From IMG/VR virus record IMGVR_UViG_3300010274_000002: a stretch of DNA of 64,000 bases; one strand, 5' to 3'. The stretch's first letter is position 1. Each line of letters opens with the position of its first letter. Source of the DNA: a virus. Under the pieces are notes generated by a model. The model searched no databases. It was not told where the DNA came from and saw only the letters and a list, made by a program, of their open reading frames with translations. Made by a program: the position numbers and the translations under genes. Of this stretch, positions 47,838-58,023 are shown piece after piece.

Positions 47838-49394
47838 CTATGGTCGGTCCTTTCCCAAGCCATACTTACGTAAGATTGCAGTCTTGGCAAGTCTGTAGTG
47901 TTCCTCGTCAAGGACATCTCTCAATGTAGCTAGAATGTCTTGGATAAGCTTGCGCTGTGTGCGGTCTAGGGATGATTTTAGCTTCCGTACAACAAGTTCC
48001 CCTGCCTGTTCAACCTCCTTAGCAGTCTTATCTAGCAGTGCTATTGTGCGCTGCAGCTCTTTCTGCTCCGTTTCATTTCTATCTGAACTCAAGGCTAGCT
48101 TTGTCTTGTCAATCTCCTTTTGAATGCGGTCCAAAAGCTCTTCTTTGTGCTCTTTGGAAGTAAACCCCGTTTGAATTGTGTCTTCGGCCTCCCGCATAAC
48201 TTGTTGGGCGGCTTTGACAATCTTTGGTACGGGCCTATTTCGTGCCTGGGATGCGGTCCTGATGTCGCTGGATCTTTCTCGCAGAAACCAGATTAGCTGC
48301 TGCCGAATGCTAGACCACTCTTGGTTCGCTTCAAAGCCATCCCTCCGTGCATTCGGGATAGCAGCCTCAGAAAGCACATGTATCTCTCCTATGTAATAAC
48401 CGTTGAACCGTTCGTTGCTGCCAGCTATCTCACGAAACAGTTCTGCTACGCGTTCAGGACCACCTATTGCGATATTGTGTTTTCTGAACCTGAAACCCGC
48501 CGCTTCTTCCTCTCGAATTGTTCCCAGTAGGTTACTCTTTCCGTACCACAACCAAAAATGGGACTGAGGCCCTGCGTTCTCGGGATAGAACACGACATCC
48601 TCTATTTCGATCTCGTAGTTGTTTCGAATCGTGTGGTAGTGACCTTTGTATGGCTTGAATACCTGGCGCTGGAAGTCGGGACCTTTGATAACCAAGTTCA
48701 CACATGGGAGGTACAGACCATGCTTCACGGTCCATTCGGTGATTTTTGGTGCGAATATGAATCGCTGGGCATCAAACCCAACAGGAGCCACCTGGCTGAG
48801 GTAAAACTCCAATTCATGCCAAGAAAGAAAGAGATCGGCAACGCTCATGTCGATATCGTTCATCTGCGCTTCGAAATAGTGGTCCGACTCAGATGCTGTC
48901 TCGCTTTTTATAAGGGTGTTATGGTCAATCACTTCCGACAACTCTTTGGCTTCCACGTTTCTTCGTGTAGGAGAGATTTGGCGGCGTATACCCTCACAAT
49001 CCCAACTCACCACGGATGCCTTAGTCTCTCCTGAAAAAGAAGTGATAAAACTGAGGTTACGACAATACGCGACGCCAGCAATACGTCCTATGCCCCGAAA
49101 TCCAGCATCGCTTCCCAACTGCTTCGCAGACATCCCAATGTTTATCAGCCTCTCTCGCACAAGGTCGCTCGGAACTCCTTCACCGTTATCCCTTATCGAA
49201 AGTCGGCGGTTCTTGGGGTCAACGAAAATCTCTATTTTGCCCTCACCGGGAGCCAGTAAGCCTTTGGCTTCCGCTCTGCGGATGGAGTCTGCGGAGTTTT
49301 GTACAAACTCACGGAGTGTGTCAAGCGGCTGAGCGTACATTCCAGTTGTGAGAGTCTCCAGAACGAAGGCACCTATTTTGGCCAAGATACTCAC
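47838..49394 (-). CDS. GHKL (Hsp90/MORC-like) ATPase
   Basis: LREFVQNSADS, IRDNGEG, GFRGIGR GHKL motifs; GTG overlaps the herA stop (GTGA). Confidence 0.85.
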   Translation of the reverse strand: MSILAKIGAFVLETLTTGMYAQPLDTLREFVQNSADSIRRAEAKGLLAPGEGKIEIFVDPKNRRLSIRDNGEGVPSDLVRERLINIGMSAKQLGSDAGFRGIGRIAGVAYCRNLSFITSFSGETKASVVSWDCEGIRRQISPTRRNVEAKELSEVIDHNTLIKSETASESDHYFEAQMNDIDMSVADLFLSWHELEFYLSQVAPVGFDAQRFIFAPKITEWTVKHGLYLPCVNLVIKGPDFQRQVFKPYKGHYHTIRNNYEIEIEDVVFYPENAGPQSHFWLWYGKSNLLGTIREEEAAGFRFRKHNIAIGGPERVAELFREIAGSNERFNGYYIGEIHVLSEAAIPNARRDGFEANQEWSSIRQQLIWFLRERSSDIRTASQARNRPVPKIVKAAQQVMREAEDTIQTGFTSKEHKEELLDRIQKEIDKTKLALSSDRNETEQKELQRTIALLDKTAKEVEQAGELVVRKLKSSLDRTQRKLIQDILATLRDVLDEEHYRLAKTAILRKYGLGKDRP

Positions 49395-51031
49395 CTCGTT
49401 ATTGCTGCCTTGGGCTGGTAATAGCACGGGTGTGGAAAACGTACCTTAACCAGTTCAGTCTTGAATACGGCATGCTGCAGCAGGAGCGTTCCTTGCGGCA
49501 GTCGGGAGAGCACGGATTTGTGTGTGTCTGAGAGGTGCCGAAAATCAGGACACTTACTGATCTCGATAGGCGTAGTGCGCCCATATACATTGGTGCTGCA
49601 GTTGCCAAGCACGCGTTCATGAACACCGCTCCGGAACTGCTCAGCACCAAAGAGTATCACGCCCAGAGACCGACCTCGCTCCGTTACCTCCAAGAGGCTA
49701 CGTGTGAGGCTTCTTGCGATGTCAGCGCCCTTGGGCGCGTACTTGTTCAGCTCGTCAGCAAATATGACGACTGTACCCAGTCTACTCCCGTCGACATCTT
49801 CATCATCCCCAAGTTTTGCGGCATAGATCGTCTGAATAACATCCCCAACAACCAGACACTGCAGATAATCCGGTAAGGGTTCTATGTCTATGACAAGGAC
49901 GTCACCCCGCTCTAGTTCGGCAAGAGCTTCACGGATGAGCCTGTGCCTCTTTTCTGCCTTGACGGACCGCTCGGTGAATAGGTCGTGCTCTGTTCGCGAG
50001 CGGAGAAGCCGACTAAACCTTCTCCAAGAAGCTTTGGAGATATCTCCTGCCTTTGAGCTTCCTTTAACAGTCCGTTCAGCAATCTCGTTTCTGAATGTGT
50101 CCCAACTGTCGCACTCAATATCGCCAATATCATGCATAATGCTCTCAATCGTTGCGTTCGGGTCATCAATGTCCGAGAACAGAAGCGGTAGTTTTCGCCT
50201 GGCAGTCTCCACATCGTAGAAATAGTTCATGCATCTGTTTGCCATCTGCTGTTGCGCGAGAATGGCGGGGTCGGCGTGGGAGTTCGTGTAGCCGGTTTTT
50301 TCGCGCGCGGCATACGGGTATAGGTAAGTTACGTTTTGGAACGGCTCAGGGTTTAGACCACACTTTTTCCACTCTTCCCTTTGTTCTGTCGTTAGGTCTG
50401 GATTGTCGATGTCGATGGACAACAGATCATTGCCCTTCACATTGAAAATAACCATAGTCACTCTATCCCCAAGGCATTGCTGAATGGCGTTGAGCAAAAA
50501 CATGGCGTAGGATGTCTTGGTGGCAAGCCCAGAGATTCCCGATATGTTGAGATGTGCCCCCTCCGGCCCCAGCAAATACGCGGCTTCAAATTCCACAGGG
50601 ACCTCTATTCCATTCGAATTGCGTATGTATCCAGCCGGTACAGGAGTTTTAAATGCCCGCAATCCCAGGGCCTCCCTAATGCCCTCGGCGTCCGCCCACT
50701 CCACCTGTGCACCATTCTTTACCGGCATTTCTACTTCACGAGTGTTAAACAGCACCTCAGCCTCGGCAATTGTAGTACTGATTCTCTGGTTTTGTGGCTC
50801 GACATCTACTTCGCCAAAATCAGAGGAAACGAAATTCGACAGGTGACCTGTACTGTCCGTGATGTGTAACAACTCTTGCACCATCGCGTACGTATAACTA
50901 TCTCTGATGTGTGGAATCCTCACCACATCAAAAGGGCGAAGCACCTCGCCTTCCTTCACCCAAAACCTGAGCGTGGTACACGACGTAGGCTTGTTCTCGG
51001 TCGCAGTAATCCTCCCGATTATGGAGCTCAT
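49391..51031 (-). CDS. herA: HerA-like FtsK/HerA family ATPase
   Basis: HAS-barrel-like N-terminus; variant Walker A GISGLATKTS; VIFNVKG; Walker B IFADELNKYAP; ERGRSLG. Confidence 0.8.
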   Translation of the reverse strand: MSSIIGRITATENKPTSCTTLRFWVKEGEVLRPFDVVRIPHIRDSYTYAMVQELLHITDSTGHLSNFVSSDFGEVDVEPQNQRISTTIAEAEVLFNTREVEMPVKNGAQVEWADAEGIREALGLRAFKTPVPAGYIRNSNGIEVPVEFEAAYLLGPEGAHLNISGISGLATKTSYAMFLLNAIQQCLGDRVTMVIFNVKGNDLLSIDIDNPDLTTEQREEWKKCGLNPEPFQNVTYLYPYAAREKTGYTNSHADPAILAQQQMANRCMNYFYDVETARRKLPLLFSDIDDPNATIESIMHDIGDIECDSWDTFRNEIAERTVKGSSKAGDISKASWRRFSRLLRSRTEHDLFTERSVKAEKRHRLIREALAELERGDVLVIDIEPLPDYLQCLVVGDVIQTIYAAKLGDDEDVDGSRLGTVVIFADELNKYAPKGADIARSLTRSLLEVTERGRSLGVILFGAEQFRSGVHERVLGNCSTNVYGRTTPIEISKCPDFRHLSDTHKSVLSRLPQGTLLLQHAVFKTELVKVRFPHPCYYQPKAAITR

Positions 51032-52144
51032 GCAGTCGCCTCCTTAAGTGTGCTACTCGAACGTGGCCGATGGCCTGGTGTTCTCATCCTTTCGATGGTG
51101 GCGGTTGCGGGCCACTATCGAGGACTAACCTCGAAAATGTCCGACGCTCGCCGTTTTCGATAGTCTTGAGCGCCACTTTGGCATGGGGGTAGTACTAAGT
51201 AAAAGTGCATAAAAGCTGCCGGTTATCCTCAGCGCGTCTCAGTCTGACGGTCCACAGTGACGTCTTTCGCGGTCTTACTGAGCGATAATCCCATACAATG
51301 GATACAATCAACAGGTTCGTGCGCTCCCATTTGTCACCATATTTGTCAGGCGCATGCTACGTCAGGCCCCGTGCAGAGGCAGTGCTTACCTCTAGCAGAG
51401 AGGAAGACTCATGATGTGCGTCGACTGGTTGACCTACAGCAGCGACACGAACTCAGGAGATTCGCGCGTCGTGCATTCAGAGGAGAGGCGTTTCGTGCTC
51501 ATGTGGTCCTCCTTTCGTCACGGGTCTCCTCATCGGCCCATCAGCTAGGTAAGACCCACGGCTGCGACCGTGACATCATGCGCGTTTGGCTCGACCAACC
51601 CTCTCCGAGGGTGTCAACGCCGATGGTCTGTGGGACGCGGAACAAATCCGGGCGCCCCCCCAAGGCCGGTAAAGCCGCCCGGTGGGCGCTTTCGCACGCC
51701 GTAGGTATGGGTCATACTGTGTTCGGACTCGGCATTATGCGCCGGACAGCCAACGCCCTGCGGGCCATACTGGCAACGACGGGAGTATGACCAATATCGC
51801 CTTGCCAGATGGGCTGCGCGTGGCGGTTCAATTGCGGAAGCGGCGGCGACCCCTTGGCACGCGGATTGCGGACCGGATTGGTCGCCCCGCTGGCCACTGC
51901 ACTGAACGGCGACCGCCCACGTTACAAAGCAGCCCCCCATAACGGTCTGCGGTCTCCATCATCCCGGGATGAAATGGCAACCACCCGCTGTTCTCGAAGT
52001 AAAGACATTCTGCCACACAGGAGGTCGCTAGCAATCCTGCCTCCCAACGGGTCGCTACGACCTCTTGAAACGAGGTTGCGAGGTGGGGCAGTCGTCCTTC
52101 CGATCTCGGAACAGGAGCGCGGATGCCTGTCTGGCCGAGTAGCG

Positions 52145-53215
52145 CTAGAACAGTGCAGTGAACGCAGTCGTACTCATGAACAGAGTTCGGACATAAGACT
52201 CCGCCATATAGATGGGGTAGATGTGGCTTGCCCAGCGCGAATCCGACCCATAGGGAGTCACATTTCTTTCCCTAAGGATGTGTCCGGATATTGTATCTAT
52301 CCGGTCGCTTTCAAATCCTTCCTCCTTGTCTTCTGGGTCAATAGCGTAGCACTCAACCTTTACTATCCCGTCAAGCGGGTTCGGCATCACGGAAGGGTTT
52401 CGTAATCTCAGATACCAAGCACCGAGCACTTTATCGTCATCGATTATCTTGAACACCGAGGTTCTTTCAGCGAAGTCAAGACTCGATGCGAGCGCACCGA
52501 CATCTTCTCGATGTTTCCTAACCCTGAAGCTAGGACGAAACGTCTTGGATATGCCCAGCACATTTCTGAACTGGACCAAGTCAAATGACTTCTTGAATCG
52601 CAACGGTCCGTCTACTACCAGAAGACGGTCATTAGCTAGCAAATGCCGTGCTGCTATTCTCAACACGGTGTCGACTTCCATCATGTGCATTTCGCTCATT
52701 ATTCTAGCGATGCCTAGGTCCACCGGGTCTCTATCAGGCTTGACAGTATATCTCAGGGCAACAAACTGCACACGGCAATGCTGGTTTATCTCTGCCTGTA
52801 GATGGGCAAGATCATCGCCCGCGAGCTTATCAGGAAATGCGATGATATTCCTGAGACAGCAGAAGTCTCTCATTGGCTTGAGGTGCCCGTCATCATCCCG
52901 TGCAATGACAGCTACCCCAACCTGCCCGGCAATGATGGGGAGATATCGGCCTCCCAAGATTGCGTCGGCCACCTTATACGTTCGCCTCGAACCGTCGAGG
53001 AAATAACGCAGTATCGTCGGAATGCCGTTGGCGACTTCCACAACCTGTTTCTTGCCCTTGACTACACGAGGCCGTTCAAACGGTGATTCCACAGGATGTT
53101 CGTCGCTATCCGTGTATTCGGAAAAACGTTCAAAGTCGAGGCTTACGCGCTCACACGCCAAGCATGCTATTCCGTTCTGTTTGACTACGTCCAGTACAGA
53201 AAGCATGGCAATCAA
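52145..53215 (-). CDS. nurA: NurA-like nuclease
   Basis: YFLDGSRR and LLVVDGPL acidic motifs, LGISKT, HIYPIYMAE; co-oriented with herA. Confidence 0.7.
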   Translation of the reverse strand: MIAMLSVLDVVKQNGIACLACERVSLDFERFSEYTDSDEHPVESPFERPRVVKGKKQVVEVANGIPTILRYFLDGSRRTYKVADAILGGRYLPIIAGQVGVAVIARDDDGHLKPMRDFCCLRNIIAFPDKLAGDDLAHLQAEINQHCRVQFVALRYTVKPDRDPVDLGIARIMSEMHMMEVDTVLRIAARHLLANDRLLVVDGPLRFKKSFDLVQFRNVLGISKTFRPSFRVRKHREDVGALASSLDFAERTSVFKIIDDDKVLGAWYLRLRNPSVMPNPLDGIVKVECYAIDPEDKEEGFESDRIDTISGHILRERNVTPYGSDSRWASHIYPIYMAESYVRTLFMSTTAFTALF

Positions 53216-53636
53216 CTCCGGTTAAGCTACTCTCCAAGGCAAGTTGTGTGGACCCAGATAACCTTGTGGCCCGCAGTATCCGGCGGCTATGCCGCAACTT
53301 GTTCCGCCAGCTCCAGCTTTGTCGCGGCTCCTCCTGTTTCTCCAAGTTGTCCTATGCCATTGCGGGCCAGGAAGTCGGTACCTCTCACGAAGTTTGGGGT
53401 CTTCTCGGATTCAGCACAGTCACACTTCCCATTGGACTGGGGAACAGCAAGCTCAATCTTCAGCATCGCCAGCCCAAGTCTGACCGGTTCTTTATCTGGA
53501 CGGGTCTAGCACTTCCACGATACCTCGCCTGGGGACGTTCAACAGCTTGTCCCGCGGCATCAGGTATTGGGCAGCCCACTGCTTCGGTCGGCGTTCGGCG
53601 TTGTTCACGTTCTCTCTATCGTTGCAGCAGCGAAGA

Positions 53637-54296
53637 TCATCTTACGGCCTCGAGAAGCTCGGCCAGACCATCGACCATCGACTTGGTCGTCGACATCTTG
53701 CGTACGAAGTAGGCGTAGTTCTGCGGCGCGAACGCGTCTTCTTTGGGGATGTAGGGCATTAGCGCCTCGACCTTGGCTATGAGCTTCTCAGCGTCAGACA
53801 AGTTGCTCCGAATGATGGCTACGAGCTGGGATCGCGACAAGTTGCTGAGGTTTTGCTTCCCCGTAGCGATCTCTGTCAACGTAGAAACGGCGAAACCGAG
53901 TTCCTCGTACGCCTCGGCAAACATCTCCTCGGCGATGAATGGAGCGCCTATCCGAAGGGCCTTTTGGCGGATCCCCCTAAGCCTTTCTAGGCCATTGGGT
54001 GACAGGGCATGCGGCGACGTCATTTGCAACATGCCGTCTGCCACGTCGACCACGTGATAGATTGTGGCCGCGTAGTTCCTGTCTTCGAGCACCGAGGCTT
54101 CTTCAAGAGCGGTTTCCAGTCGGGCTAAGAGATCAGACAGCTCGTCCGCGGTCTCCACTTGCAGGAGGTCGCGTGGGTCCGGCCATTGCGTGGGTGAGGA
54201 ATACGCAACAGCGCTGAGTACCATGGATGACAACAGTGCTACACATAGAAACATGAAACCTTGTCGATTCACGTTTCTCATCCCTCCGGCAGTCAT
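53637..54296 (-). CDS. hypothetical secreted helical protein
   Basis: FMFLCVALLSSMVLSAVAYS signal peptide; exact start uncertain. Confidence 0.65.
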   Translation of the reverse strand: MTAGGMRNVNRQGFMFLCVALLSSMVLSAVAYSSPTQWPDPRDLLQVETADELSDLLARLETALEEASVLEDRNYAATIYHVVDVADGMLQMTSPHALSPNGLERLRGIRQKALRIGAPFIAEEMFAEAYEELGFAVSTLTEIATGKQNLSNLSRSQLVAIIRSNLSDAEKLIAKVEALMPYIPKEDAFAPQNYAYFVRKMSTTKSMVDGLAELLEAVR

Positions 54297-54444
54297 CCGA
54301 TACTCTGTCGCGTCTAGCTTGGCCGACTATCGCAATCAGCGAGCGCCGGTTGCGTCGCGATTGGGATCTCCCGGGTCGTCGCGCCGTCCGTCTCCGGATT
54401 TCGGACCATGACATGAGCTCACTTCTGGCGACACGGGCTCCGGA

Positions 54445-55464
54445 TTATGGGTTTCTCACGTCAAGCACTATCGGCTCGCTCACAGCCGTCAGTCCGCTGG
54501 TCGACTTGACGAACAGCCGGACGGACATCCAGTTCTGTCTTGTGATGAGCGTCGTGTCAAGAGGGTACGCGCCGTCCACGGTCGCGTCTTCATCGAACTC
54601 TTGCCAGGCCAGGGGCTCTGATTGTCCGAACGCATAATCGACCCATACGCGGTCCACGTCAGGTGAGGCCGTGTAGTTCAACTCAACGGTGCCACTGACA
54701 GTCGTGCCGCTAGCTGGGTTTGTGATAGAGACCGTCGGAGCCTTGCCCTGGATGGATCGATCCACGATGAACTCCGAAACAACCGGATCCCCGACATTTC
54801 CGGTGACGTCTCTCGGAACGATTGTGATTTCATACAACCCATCAGGCCAGCCTCCCTGCGGCACAAGGCGGATTTGGTCCTCATAGTCTGTCCGAGAACA
54901 ACTGAGCGATGATCCATCAACGCTCACGTTGACCTCAGTGCCAGTCTCATCGGTCCCCTCGGTCGCCCCGCCGTCGACCACGTTCACGAGGATCTCCGCA
55001 GGCTGGGTATTGAGGACTGAGTGGTTCCTTGGAGTCACCGAGACGTCCGGAGGAGCATTGTCGATGTTGACCACGCGCTCATCGACGACGACCTGGTTCG
55101 CGGATGTCGTTGCCGTGCCTCGGATCGTGACCCAGTTGAGGCTTGTGAAAGTCGTGTCGAACGTGTATTGCCCGTCCAGGTCCGGGTCAGAGCCGGCTGC
55201 GTGCCAGGGCTGATTGGGATCCTGCCGGCCGTAGGCCCAGTCGAAAGCCACTGCCGTAACATCATCACTCACGTAGCGGATGATGAAGCGACCAGTGATC
55301 GTGGGCTCCGTTCTGGACGACGCGGCAGTCGGAACCCCTGCGAGCTTGCGGAACGTGACATCCGTAATGCGGAACCGAGCGACCTGGGTCGGACGACTTC
55401 CAAGGCAGCCGCCGACTCCAAGAGCCGTGATGACCATGATTGCCAGAACAGCACCCTTCCTCAA
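54445..55464 (-). CDS. lipoprotein with Ig-like domains
   Basis: Lipobox ITALGVGG-C; PPDVSVTP and APTVSITNPASG Ig-like starts; GAGGAGG RBS fits TTG 55464. Confidence 0.75.
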   Translation of the reverse strand: MRKGAVLAIMVITALGVGGCLGSRPTQVARFRITDVTFRKLAGVPTAASSRTEPTITGRFIIRYVSDDVTAVAFDWAYGRQDPNQPWHAAGSDPDLDGQYTFDTTFTSLNWVTIRGTATTSANQVVVDERVVNIDNAPPDVSVTPRNHSVLNTQPAEILVNVVDGGATEGTDETGTEVNVSVDGSSLSCSRTDYEDQIRLVPQGGWPDGLYEITIVPRDVTGNVGDPVVSEFIVDRSIQGKAPTVSITNPASGTTVSGTVELNYTASPDVDRVWVDYAFGQSEPLAWQEFDEDATVDGAYPLDTTLITRQNWMSVRLFVKSTSGLTAVSEPIVLDVRNP

Positions 55465-55754
55465 GGTCATCGCCTCCTCGAAAACGGACATCAAGCGACA
55501 GGGCTCGCGCGGCTCGAGCGTGGTCTCTGGATCTCCTGTCCTTCCAGCCATCGCGTCTCGCGGCATGTCGGCCGAAGTATCGCCAGTCTCAGCTTCACCA
55601 GGGCCTCATCGACGTCAAATCGATCCGCTAACTCCCGTACTCAGGCCGCGCCATGGCTCAACGCTTCACGTAGCTTGTCCGCCGAAATGAGGTGCGCGGC
55701 CGCGCCCATCCCGCGGCCCGGTACTCGGCCCGGCTGGCGCCCGCCTACCTGCGA

Positions 55755-57107
55755 CTAGTGGAACAGGCCGAAGCTTGCCCCTAGCGCTCGCAGGCACTTC
55801 TTGGCGTCGACTGCGGCAAGGTTCACTTCCATGAAGCGGTCCCGAGCCACGTTCAGGGTAACGGCACATAGGTCCGTCATATGCCCGGTGGCCGGATCAA
55901 TGCCGCGGCGAGTCGCCTTCACCGACACATTCGATAGGCACCCGAGACAATCGGCCTGGAAAGCCACGTAAGCCGCTCTTAGAACGGATTGGCACGCAAA
56001 GTCCTCATAGAGCTTTCGAATGCCCTGTTGAGACAGCTTCTTGGGAACGATAGCTCCGGCAGCGCTGTCATACTTGTACGAGACCACGTCGGGCAGAGAC
56101 TCGGGGGCGGGCAGTCTCAGCGTCACGTCGAGCGTCCCGGAAGCCTTGTCGTACGCGATATCAGTGTCCTCCCGTGAGGACTGGGGAGCCTCCAGCTTGG
56201 AGAACACGAACTTGAAGTATTCGCGGATGGCGTCCGGTTCGCCCGCCTTAAAGGCCGCCTCGCAGTCGCGTACGCGCTGATTATGCTTGGCCTTCTTTCG
56301 CTCGAATTCCGCCTTCGCCGCAAGGTATCGTTTCCAGGCCACCGTTCGCCGGAGCGCGTGCAGCAGCAGCCGCCTTTGGTATTCGAGCTCCGCCGCTTCC
56401 TTGCGGTGCTGGAAGGAGCGGAGCTCTTCCTCAAAGACCTCCCTGGCCTTCCTCTCCGCGCTCAGTCTCCGTTCTTTCCGGGCAGGGAAAAGGCGCTCGA
56501 CGAAGCTCGGTTTGGGAACCTTCAAGCGTGCGAACGTCCCGGCAAGCGTCGGTTCGGGCTCGTCGAACGTCCGTTGAGGTCGCTTCTCGTCGAATACGAA
56601 AATCGGGTACTCGTCCTTCCGGAGCAGTGATTCCCAGTCAAGCCTGTAATCCTTGTCGAGACTTGAGGCGAGCACGGTTTTATAGGCCTCAAGTTTCCTT
56701 TGTGCCTCCTGGGTCATGCGCTCGGCGCGGGCTTTCGTTTCCGCAACCGCCTGCTTTTGTCGAAGGTTCTCCTCCCGTTCTTTCCAAGTCGCTAGCTGAG
56801 CGGTGACTTTCGCCTTCAGCTCCTCGGGGTTTCTGGCCTTAATGGTCTTGCTGACTCCGAGGTACGGATTCGAGATTGTCTGCTGGTACACCGGCGATTT
56901 TGCCCGCGGCGCTCCGAGCGAGCGCAGGCTTTGCTCGGTGCTGTAGTAGATTCCCGTCCCGGGAATGCCCACGGAAGTCCTGATTCCTCTTGGGCCGATG
57001 GACACGCGGGCGCCTTTCACGCCGGCGCTGATTCCGATGCCGCTCTTGCTGAGGTTCAGGCGCACGCCGCCTCCCAGGTTGATGCTCTTCCTCATGCGAA
57101 GGCCCAC
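55755..57107 (-). CDS. DUF4236-domain protein with Mrr-associated-like body, no recognisable nuclease domain
   Basis: RMRKSINLGGGVRLNLSKSGIGISAG...GIPGTGIYY N-terminus; GIDPATG near the C-terminus. Confidence 0.7.
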   Translation of the reverse strand: MGLRMRKSINLGGGVRLNLSKSGIGISAGVKGARVSIGPRGIRTSVGIPGTGIYYSTEQSLRSLGAPRAKSPVYQQTISNPYLGVSKTIKARNPEELKAKVTAQLATWKEREENLRQKQAVAETKARAERMTQEAQRKLEAYKTVLASSLDKDYRLDWESLLRKDEYPIFVFDEKRPQRTFDEPEPTLAGTFARLKVPKPSFVERLFPARKERRLSAERKAREVFEEELRSFQHRKEAAELEYQRRLLLHALRRTVAWKRYLAAKAEFERKKAKHNQRVRDCEAAFKAGEPDAIREYFKFVFSKLEAPQSSREDTDIAYDKASGTLDVTLRLPAPESLPDVVSYKYDSAAGAIVPKKLSQQGIRKLYEDFACQSVLRAAYVAFQADCLGCLSNVSVKATRRGIDPATGHMTDLCAVTLNVARDRFMEVNLAAVDAKKCLRALGASFGLFH

Positions 57108-57616
57108 AGCCGATCCTCCTCGCACCGGAATGCCAAGTGCCTCAGCGCCTTAATCTCGCGGGCGTCGCCTTGAATCAGGCTCAGGCGAAACCGAATCAGG
57201 CTCTCGTCAACATCGAAGATTTCGGCGAGCTCCCAGGGCTCGGTTCTGCCTCGTCGCACCACGTACAGAAGCGAGTCGAAGGGAATAAGATGTCTGGCGG
57301 CCCAGGACAAGGCCCTGTATTCGCTCCTGTCAAGACTCACCCGGTCGGCGTAGGAGCAACGCCTCACAGCCACACAATCACCGACCGTCGTAAAGTGATG
57401 TCCCAGTTCTTCGCCCAGGACCGTCCGCAAGTGCTTTGGGTTGTCGAACAGTGTTTTCGAGAGCCCGATTACAGGCGGTAGTTCGGGATGCTTCCAGTAC
57501 ACGCCTTCAAGCGGCGGCTCAAAGTCCCAGTACTCGAGCGCGATTCCTTCGTTATACGCAAGAGAGATGAGGTCGTGGGGCAACTGCGTTCCCTCCAGGC
57601 ATAACGGTACTGGCAC
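57092..57616 (-). CDS. ImmA/IrrE-family metallopeptidase (anti-repressor)
   Basis: LGEELGHHFT, EYRALSWAARHLIP, LAEIFDV; directly follows the XRE repressor. Confidence 0.88.
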   Translation of the reverse strand: MPVPLCLEGTQLPHDLISLAYNEGIALEYWDFEPPLEGVYWKHPELPPVIGLSKTLFDNPKHLRTVLGEELGHHFTTVGDCVAVRRCSYADRVSLDRSEYRALSWAARHLIPFDSLLYVVRRGRTEPWELAEIFDVDESLIRFRLSLIQGDAREIKALRHLAFRCEEDRLWAFA

Positions 57617-57625
57617 TCGTGCGGC

Positions 57626-57988
57626 CTATTGATTTTGCTTCTTGCCGTACTTTTTGAAGATGTATTCCTGGAATTCCAGGAGACTCCTTCTTGCCTCCTC
57701 GGGGAGGTCGGCCATTGGGTCGTCTGTTCTGTGAGCTGCTAGGGTTTCGACTGCTGCGTTGCGTTTCTCTGGCGGAGTGGGGTCATCGGTACGGCCGAGG
57801 AGGTAGTCAGATGATACGCCAAGGATATCCGCAAGTTTCACAATGATGTCCTCGTTGAGACGTCGGGCACCTCGTTCAAGGTCGTAATAATACTGCGGAG
57901 AGATGCCAAGCAATTCAGCAAGCTTGGTCCCGGTTAACCCTCTTTGTTCCCGCAGTTGTCTGATGCGGGTTGTCGGTTTCATTGTCAT
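57626..57988 (-). CDS. XRE-family immunity repressor (ImmR/CI-like)
   Basis: IRQLREQRGLTGTKLAELLGIS...LGVSSDYLLGRTDDP. Confidence 0.9.
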   Translation of the reverse strand: MTMKPTTRIRQLREQRGLTGTKLAELLGISPQYYYDLERGARRLNEDIIVKLADILGVSSDYLLGRTDDPTPPEKRNAAVETLAAHRTDDPMADLPEEARRSLLEFQEYIFKKYGKKQNQ

Positions 57989-58023
57989 GAGTGCCCTCCA
58001 CGTCTAGCTGTTTCCAGGATACC

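Noticed and set aside
51032-52144. Group II intron or cobalamin riboswitch
   Set aside because: No recognisable domain V with catalytic triad and no B12-box found by eye; kept only as an unexplained insert
53287-53466. 59-codon minus-strand ORF upstream of nurA (MLKIELAVPQ...)
   Set aside because: No RBS and no recognisable motif; may be a gene remnant
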